Assembly (NCBI RefSeq): GCF_004102945.1
Contig: NZ_CP019384.1
Span: 1,740,001 to 1,772,000 of the forward strand
Source: Candidatus Velamenicoccus archaeovorus
GTDB lineage: Bacteria; Omnitrophota; Gorgyraeia; Velamenicoccales; Velamenicoccaceae
Reading direction: 5' to 3'
Length of the DNA: 32,000 bases
The translations under genes and the position numbers were made by a program. This document shows positions 22,301 to 31,300 of this stretch, piece by piece (within the stretch, counting starts at the first letter, position 1; every line of letters begins with the position of its first letter). The notes below the pieces were generated by a model. It was not told the origin of the DNA, did not search any database, and worked only from the letters and a program-made list of their open reading frames with translations.

Positions 22301-25300
22301 CCAGGTGATGTTCTCGGCGTCACCGACGGTGAAGAGATCCCCGCCGTTGGGCCGCGTGACCTTGAGGATCGGGTAAGCGATGGTGAAGAAATTGTCCGAT
22401 TCGTCGTGGATGGCCAGCCAGTTGCTGTCGGTGACCCTGACCTTGACCGAAGAAGAATAATCGTCGGGGATGCCGTCGCCGGTCGCCCCCCAGCCGTAAG
22501 AACCGAGGAAAGAACCGTCTTCCTGGAGCTCGCCCTTGGACACCCCTGTGGCGATGGTATGGAAATCGCTGGTGAAGTTGTCCTTGGAATATTCGATCTT
22601 GAGGTTGTTGGAGATGTCGCCGACGCTCCTGAAGGTGATGACCTTGTCTTTGGTGCCGATAGGCCAGCTCTCCCCGCCGTTGGGGGTCAAAACGCGGACA
22701 TACGGCAGGACGATCTTGAAGTTTTGGTCGGAGGTATCCACCGTTGCCGGCCTGGAGGCATCATAGATCTTGACAAGGCAGGTATTGGAAATCGTGCTGG
22801 GCACCAGCCACATATAGGAGCCGGAGTTGGCGGATCCCGACGGCAAGTTCGTATCCAGCCAGCTCGTGCCGCCGTCTGCGGAATACCGGATATTGATGTT
22901 GTCCCTCACGGCCCCCACGTCATAACCTTCGCTGGTCCACTTGATCTCCTTGACAAGGCCCGCGACCCACTCTTCGGTGCCGTTGTTGGGCGACACCACT
23001 GTGATCGTCGGCGCTTTGATCGTAAAAGGATTATTCGACGTGTCCGTGACCGTGGTACGCTGGGCGTCCGTGATCCGGACGCGCACCGTGCTGGAGAGCA
23101 CGTCCGCCACCTTCCAGGTGTAAGTGCCGGTGTTGGCCTGGCCGCTCTTGATCGTATTCCATGTCGCGCCGTCCGTAGAATATTCCAACAGCAAGCTATC
23201 GGGATTGACATACCCCCTGCTCGTCCAGGTAACATTGTAATTGCCGGTGGCAAACCAACTCTCCCCGCCGTTAGGGGTGATCACGGTCACGGACGGAATA
23301 GTGATGGTGAACACCGCGTCGGAAACGTCTGAAATCTGGGTGTCGCTCGCATCTTCGACCTTGACCAAGCACTGGCTGCTTTCTGCATCCGGTATCTCCC
23401 AAGGATAATCGCCGTCGTTGACCTGCTGGCTGTTGATCTCTGTCCAGGTAACGCCGTTATCGTCCGAATAAAGAAGCCTGATGGCCTGATAGTCGCTGCC
23501 TCCCGACTGCAATTTGGCGCCCCAGCTCTTCCATTTGATATTGAATGTTTCGCCGATGACCAGGTTTTCGGTGCCGTTGGGCGCCAAGACTTTGATGGCC
23601 GGATATCCCAAGATCTGGACAGCGGGAGAGGTCGCCGTGACCTGCGGATTCGAGTTATCGGTGATCTTTATCAAGACGCTGTCTCCGACGGCATCCTGAG
23701 GCACCATCCAGTCATAATACTTGTTTTCGTTGGAAACGCCGGTGGCGATGGTCGTCCACGTGCTCCCGTCCTTGGAGTATTCCAAGAGCAGGTCGTTGCT
23801 GATGGTCCCGTCGGTGATCCAGATGACTCTGAAATTCTCTCCGGCCACCAGGACATCCGAAGAGACAGGCGCGGTGAAGGTGACGGTCGGAGCGGCGATG
23901 GTGAAGACGCCGGACAAACCCTGGATGATCAACTGCGTATCGCGCGGCTGGCCGTTGCGGTCCGCCGGCAGGGCCGATTCTTTGACGCGGATCTTCATCG
24001 AATCCGAAAACGCGCTCGGCACGGTCCAGTTGTAGGAACCGTTGATGTCGTCGTTGGGGTTGCTCCCCACGGGCGTGCCGATGCTGACGCCGGCCGCAAT
24101 GGCATGCACATCTGAAATAAAATCGTCGTTGGAATATTCAATATCCACCGTCGGGCAGAACCAATTCTGGTTGGCCGTCCAGGAGAGGGTCTTCGTCAAC
24201 CCTTCTTTCCACACGTCGCCCTGCACGGGCGAATTGACCGTGATCTTGGGCGCCGGAACGATGGCAAACAGCTGGTTCGATGTGTCCGTGATGTTCTCGT
24301 TCAACGGATCATAGATCCTCAGGCTGACGGTGTCCGACGGCGTATTGGCGACCGTCCACGTATATATGGCCGGGCTGGGCGGCCTGTTGTTTGACACCAG
24401 ACTCCAGGTCGTCCCGCCGTTGATGGAATACTTGATCGTCAGGTCGTGCGCCAGCGTGCCCGAGGCAAACCATGTGATGCCGTGCGGTTTGCCGACCTCC
24501 CAGATCTCTCCGCCGTTGGGAGAGCTCACCTCCAGGGACAATATCCTGAAGCTGGCATCCGACTCATCGTAGACAAGAGGGAAATCTTCGGAAACGATCT
24601 TGATCTTTGCGGTCTGGCTGGGATTGTCCGGCACAAGCCAACTGTAAGTGCCTGTGTTGTTAAGATTGCTGACGATCGTGTTGGGATAGGTCGCGCCGTT
24701 GTCCGTCGAATATTGTATCTTCACCTTTCCCGTGTTGCCGTCGATCGCCTGCGCGTTCCAGGTGATCGTGGCCGTCGAGCCGGAATTTATGGTCTCACCG
24801 CCGTTGGGCGCCGTCACCGTGATGAAAGACTTGATGTATTCGACGCCCGCTTTCGTCAAGATCGGCGTATCCTGCCCCACGGAACTCAGGAGGACCCTAT
24901 ACTGGAACCACTGGTCATCCTCGGCGTCCCGGTTCAAAACATTGATGAGACTGCCGGCGGGCGCCACATAATATGTCGGATCCGTGGTCGTCGTGATGGT
25001 GACCTTGTCGAGCTCCGGTGTATAGACCCCGTCGCTGGAACTGAGATACACCCGGTACCAGAATTCTCCCTTGGGGAAAGCAGTCACGTAATCAACCAGG
25101 TGGGCCCTGATCTCCACCGAGGTATTGGCCTGGTTTAAGCCGGCGCTCACAAGAGTCCACTTGGTGCCGTCATGCCAATACCAGTTATAACCGTCGGAGG
25201 AGACTTGGTACTTGATGCTCGTATTCGTCGGCGTCGTGATCACGTCGGTGAAATCCACGAGGTTATTGTCATAGAAAACACCCAAAATCGGCTGGATCGT

Positions 25301-28300
25301 CGGATTGGTCTTGTAATAAACCTCCATGCCCGTGGGGTTGGCTGTCTCGCTGTAGACAAAACCTACGTAAGGAGCAACGGTGGCGCTCTTGTAAACCATG
25401 AACTTGTCGATAAAAATAGCGTCCTTGGCCGACCTGACCGTCGGTTTGATGGACAGGTTCGGGCCTGCCACAAAGCCGGCATTGTACGTCAGCTTGTCGC
25501 CGCTGGACAATTCAAAAACGACCTTGCCGCTCGTCGGAGGCGTCCCGCCCGGATTGTGCGGGGTCCACGTCATTTTTTCCGTGTTCCACATCGTGGCCGT
25601 ATAAGCCATGCGGATGGATTCCCAGGAAGTATAACCGTCTCCGGACTCGTCGTAGAAATAACCGTTGTTCCACATCAAGACGTTGTAGCCTGCCAGGTAG
25701 CTGGATGTCCCCTGGCTCGTCGCATATTTGGCGTTGGGGTCGCAGATGCCCACGAAATGCTGGCCGGTCTTGTTGGCTGTCTGCCAGATAACCTGCGAGG
25801 TGATATTATAATTAGGGGCCATATTTGTCTTTGCCTGCAAATAACCGTTATGCGCCACCTTGACCGCGGTGCGGCCGCCCTGGCTGGTGTCCGTCAAAAT
25901 AAAGCGCCAGATCAGATTGTTCAGGGAAATGCCGCTGTTGTTGGAGAAGGTCGCGCTGACCGACCGGGTCGTGCCGCCGACAAGGGGCGCTTCAGGCAAA
26001 GTCGGGTCCGTTGTCATCTCAAAACCGACCTGGATATTGAAAAGCGCGGCAGGCGCAGAGTCGCTGCTAAGGATAACGTTGTTATTTGAATTCAATATCT
26101 GCCACGACCAGTAATAAAGGTGCCCTTGTATCAAGCCTGCGGGCATGGTGATGGATGCATTATTGATGGTCGTCGTGGCGCCATGGGGAAGATCGAATGT
26201 GGTGCTGTCAACCTGGTCAAAAACAGCCCCTGAATCTACGTCGGTGAATTTGAAACGGAGCTTGAGGCCCTGCTGATCGTATGTCTCATTGTTGGTAAAA
26301 GTCCCTCCCAGGGTGCTGATGACCTGGCCCGGCACAACGCTCTTGACCATGAACGGGCCGGCGGTCATGCTCACCAAGCCGTAATACAAGGTAAACGGCT
26401 GGACCACATCCTGCGCCTGCACCAAAGCGCCGTTGGCCCAACGCAGCTCCCAATTCCAGTCATACGTCCGGCCGGAGATGATCCCCGAAGGGATGACCAC
26501 GTCAGTGGATGGTGTCGTCGTGCCCGTGGCGATGGTCAAGGTCGAGCTGTCCATGCCGAAGATGCTCGACACGGTCACCAGGTTGCAATACTGCGTGTCC
26601 CATTTGTCCAGCCCGCCGTCGAAACTGTCGAAGAATTCAAAGACATTGTCTCCGTTGCTCTGGCTGACGGCCGCGGGATTGCCGTAATACATATAAACGG
26701 TCTGTTTGGCCGTATTGGAAAGCGTGGGAAGCTTGATCCAGAAGCGCGCCTTCTGTTCCGTGGTGCTGAAGGTATCCAGGTAATAAGGCAGGAGCGTCGT
26801 ATCGTCGCTGTCGACAAAACGCACGTCGGACCCGTCGCTCTTGACATGGCTCCAGAAATCCTTATGGCTCTTGTCTATGTCCACAGACACCTGGAAATCG
26901 GCCAATGCCGCGTCATTGGCCGTGTTGTCGATGTTCAGCGTCTCCTTATACTGCCACGCGGAAAGCTGGGGATTGCCGCTGGTTGCCGCGGTCTCTTCCG
27001 CCAACATGTACGTGGACATGCGGTAATTGAATTCCGCGATCTTGAACACCGGCGTGATGGCTTCCGAGTAGCTGTTATAGGTGTATAAAGCGAACCTCTT
27101 GTCGCCCACCACCTGCAGGTTCCTCCAAGTCGCGCCGGGGTCCACGGCTGTCGAGCTCCCCTTGCTGCCCAGGCTGACGTAACTCGGAGAAGGGCTGATG
27201 TCGCCGGTGATCGTAACGCTGGTGCCGCCGTCTTCAAGGGCCACCAGCCTTAAATATCTCGTCGCCGCGGTATTGATGTAATATTCCTTGCCTACGCCCA
27301 CCAGGGTATCGGCGCTCTGGTAGATCTGGCCTTTGCCGCCGCCCGAATCGTCTGCCACGACGCATATCGGCTTGTCCGCGGAAACATAGGTCCGCATGCT
27401 CAAAGCGCCGGTCCCGCCGTTGGGCAGGTGTTTATAACTCTGCCCTTTGTTCAATGTCCCGCTATAGTCGCCGGTTGTGCTGTCCAGGTTGTCAATGATG
27501 ATATTGGTGCCGTCTTCATAGGCCGTCAGCGTAATGATGGAATCCGGACAGTAAAAATAATACTCCTGCATGTCAGGGGAGCGGATCTGTTCCGAAGCCT
27601 CACCGTGATTGATCAACCCTGCCATGACGGTGATGGGCTTGGTGGCCTCGATATGCCAGACTTCGCCGCGGGAATCCACCCGGTTCCAGCCAAACCAGAA
27701 ATTGCCCTTGTCGAGCGCGATGCTCTGGGTGTCGTCTCCCAGGCCGTAGTCGGTGATCGTTACCTGGGTATCGTCGTTATACGCGGTAATGATCACATCG
27801 CCGTCGTAGTTGTTCGACGGCATCCACAGCCACAGGTCATTGCCGCAAACCGTGTAAAAATCGTCGTCGTAGTAGGAAGCCGGCTCAATGGCAGAGGTAA
27901 AGATGGTGATCGGCTTCTGGGAGGTAACGTGGTAGACCGTCAGGTCGGTATCGTCATATCTTTGTTTTTCTCCGACAGCGGTAAAATCGCGGTATGACGA
28001 CGCAATGACCTGGCCTGAAGAATCCAGCTTCTCGATGGTGACACGGTTAGGCGCGTCGGTGGTGACGATGTCGAAGAAGGCGAACATGAAGGCATAAAAG
28101 TCCGTCCCGATCAAAGACTCGGCCAATGTAGGATCAGACTCTGTGGTGGCAGTTGACTTGCCGTAAAGGATGTAGATGGTCTTGGCCGCGCCCAGGGGAA
28201 TGGTCGGCACCGTGACCCAGCAGGTGGCGGTCTTTTTGTTCTTACTGAAACCGACAACGCGGTATTTCAAAGGCGTCTTTCCGTCGGAATCCACAAAACG

Positions 28301-31300
28301 GATGTCAGAACCATCGCTGGAAATATGGTTCCAGAAATCGATGTTGGCCGAGGGTACCTCGACCCTGATGGTGCAATCGGTATAGGCCGTGGCCCCTGAC
28401 GTGTTGTCTATGATGACCTTCTGACGATAGAGATAATCCTGCAGGACCTTGGAGAGCTTGGCTGTGCCGTTGCTGACCACGACCTCCGACGTATTGGCAT
28501 ATTCCTCCTTGTTGGTGAATTCATAGGGGATCTGCTGGATGCCGGCAGGCCCATACCACGGCCCCCATGTCCCCGGCTCTCCATTGTCGTCCGGCGCAGT
28601 ATGCACCTGGAAACGCACGTCGGTGCCGGCAGGCAGTGTCGCGGTCCAAGAGATATTCCTCAAACGGTTGGTGGCATAGGTCGTGTTGTACGGCGAAGAA
28701 ACCAATTCCTGGCTCAAGGGATACTTGGTCCAGCCGATGGTGACTTTATCCATTAGGGGAACCTGAGTCAAATCATAACAGAAAAATCTGATGTAGTATT
28801 GCAGGTATTGATCGCCGTCGTTGACTCCGGCATAAGCGGAAAGGTCGGCGTTCTTGACCGTCTTGTCCACATAAGACCAGGCCAGGGCGTCCGAGAGGTC
28901 GAATTTTTTGCCGGTGCGCACTTTAATGTCTATCTGGCCCAGGCCGTTGTTGACCCAGCTCACATTGGCGAGACTGGCATTGTTGCCGATCTCCTTGATG
29001 TCCGAAATATATATGCCGGATGAGAACAGGAGGTATTTCATCAAAGACGAGGTGCCGTAGCCGCTGGAGAGATAGATATAATCCCCGGTGCCCGGATACA
29101 TGGCGGCCGCCTGGCCGTTGAGGACAAAAGGCAGGTCCGGCCGCGTGTCCCAGGTATTCGTCGAAATGCAATAACGGTAGAAATAATTCGTCCCGTAGGA
29201 AAGATCGTAATTATAGGAAACAAAGTAATAGATATAGTCTCCAAAACCCGGGCTGAAAAGAACACCCCCCATGCTGGGCAGGGGCAGAGGTGCAAGCGAT
29301 TCCCAGGTGTTGTAGGCCGAGTCGCCGTCTGTCGTCGTGGTATCGGTGGTGTCCGCGTTATAACGCCAAAAAGCGACGGAGCCGCCGCCGGCCGTGGCAT
29401 ACAGATATTTATCCGTTCCCGGATTGATCAGGTTCGAACCGCGGGAAACAACGGTGGGCGTGGTCGCATATTCTTTCCAATTGTTGCCGGCGATGGAGTA
29501 GCGCCAGAACGTTATGGTTGAGCCGCCCCTCATGGCATAAAGATAGCCGTCGCGATACGCCAGGGTCTGGCCTGTGGAAAATGTGGCCGGCGGCACAGCC
29601 AGGTTCGTCCACAGGTCTGTGCTGACCGAATAGGCCCAGATATCGTAATAGCCGGTGCCCCTGGTCACATAGATATAATCGCCGGAACCCGGATAAACGG
29701 CGCGGGCATCGGTTGTAACCGACGACGGCGGCGGATTCAACGTATACCAGACGGAATTGGTGATATTGTATTTGTAAAATTCGTTGGACCCTCCGCGCAT
29801 ATAGAAGATCTCTTCTCCGGAAGGCATGGCGCAGATCTGGGAACCGTAGGAATTACTCGCCGGGAACTGGATGGGCTCATCCCACCTGTTTGTGGAGATG
29901 GAATACCTGTTGAAATTCACACCCAAGTTACCGTGGTTGACACCCAGATAAAAATACAAAAGGTCCCCTGTGCCCGGATAAAAACCGCCAGAGGTGCCGC
30001 CGACGGAGATAGAGGCGTCTGTCAGGATCGTCCATGTATTGGTGCTCAAAGAGTATTTGGCAAAATCCCTGCCGCTCCCTTTCAAGCAATAAATGAAATC
30101 GCCTGAGCCCGGATAAACCAGGCTGCCGTAATCCGAGATGGCCCATGGCGCATCAGCCAAGTAGCCCCACGTCTCGTCGTCCAGATTGAACTTGGTGAAT
30201 TTTGTGGTGCCGGACTGTTTAAGGACATAGATACCTTTATAAGAACCGCTTGAGATGATGCACATGCCGTTGCCTTCCGAATACGCCGACTCAAGCATAT
30301 TGGGCAGGGTCGTCCAGGAACCGCCGTAGGCATCGTCGTTGAATTTCAGGAAGATCGAGGAATTATAATAGCCGGGACAGACATAGATGCCGCTGGCGTC
30401 AGCCACCATCCTCGCGCTCCAGAAGAACATGTAAGGAGAAGACGCCAATTGCGTCCAGGTGCCGGTTGCCGTATTATACTTCCAGAAATTCCTCGACATA
30501 TTGCCTTCGGAAACATAGATGTAGTCGCCTGTGCCTGGATAAACCGCCCTATGCCCCGTACCAGAAGTGACAAAAGGCAGTTTTATCAGGTTGACCCATT
30601 TGTTCTGGGTGAGGGAATACTTCCAGGCATAGTTCGTGCGGTAGTTCATGAACAAATAAACATAATCCCCTTTTTTGACGACACTGCCGAAGTTGAGGCG
30701 CGATGTGGCATAAGGGGCGTTGACAATCTCATTCTTCCACTGGCCTGTGCTGAAAACATAGGTCTCGACTCCAGAGGCATATTGTGTACCGATGTGATAG
30801 AGATTTGTGTCGCTGGCGCAGGCCGCTATCTGCGTGTATTGAAAAATGGGCGCGTGAAGACTCTGCCAAGTATTGGTAGCAATATCGTATTTGGCAAAAC
30901 CCGTATAATAGAGGCTACCGTCATGGCCGTTTAGATAATAGATAGCATTCTCGCTAGAAGAATAAACAAACTTTCCGCCATAGCCTGGATACATATCCGG
31001 CAAATTTGCTTTTTGGGTCCAAGTATCGGTTGAGATTTGATAAGTCATAAATACTGTCCTAGAATTGCTGCGCAAGAAATAGATATAATCGCCCGAGCCA
31101 GGATAGACCGAGCACGCGCCATAGTAAAAATTACCAAAAGGACAGAGACTGATACTTTGCCAGGTATCGTTTTGCGGTTTATAGCGATAAAGATTATTAG
31201 TATAGGCTCCCGTGTCTTGATTGTAGCCGCCTGTGGCATAAACAAAATTCCCTGCGACCACAAGGGTGCCGCCCCAATAAGCCTTTTGCGGAAGAGGCGC

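Noticed and set aside
19547-23332. A 1,261-codon plus-strand ORF antisense to the giant gene.
   Set aside because: It lies exactly in register with the sense codons (19547 minus 19355 is a multiple of 3). Its stops would therefore correspond to sense TTA, CTA or TCA codons, which this GC-biased gene simply avoids over that stretch. Its translation is Arg/Gly/Asp/Pro-rich low-complexity sequence with no domain pattern. It is a codon-bias shadow, not a gene. The same applies to 24446..25138, 25172..26089, 27428..27997, 30449..30934 and 31037..31426.
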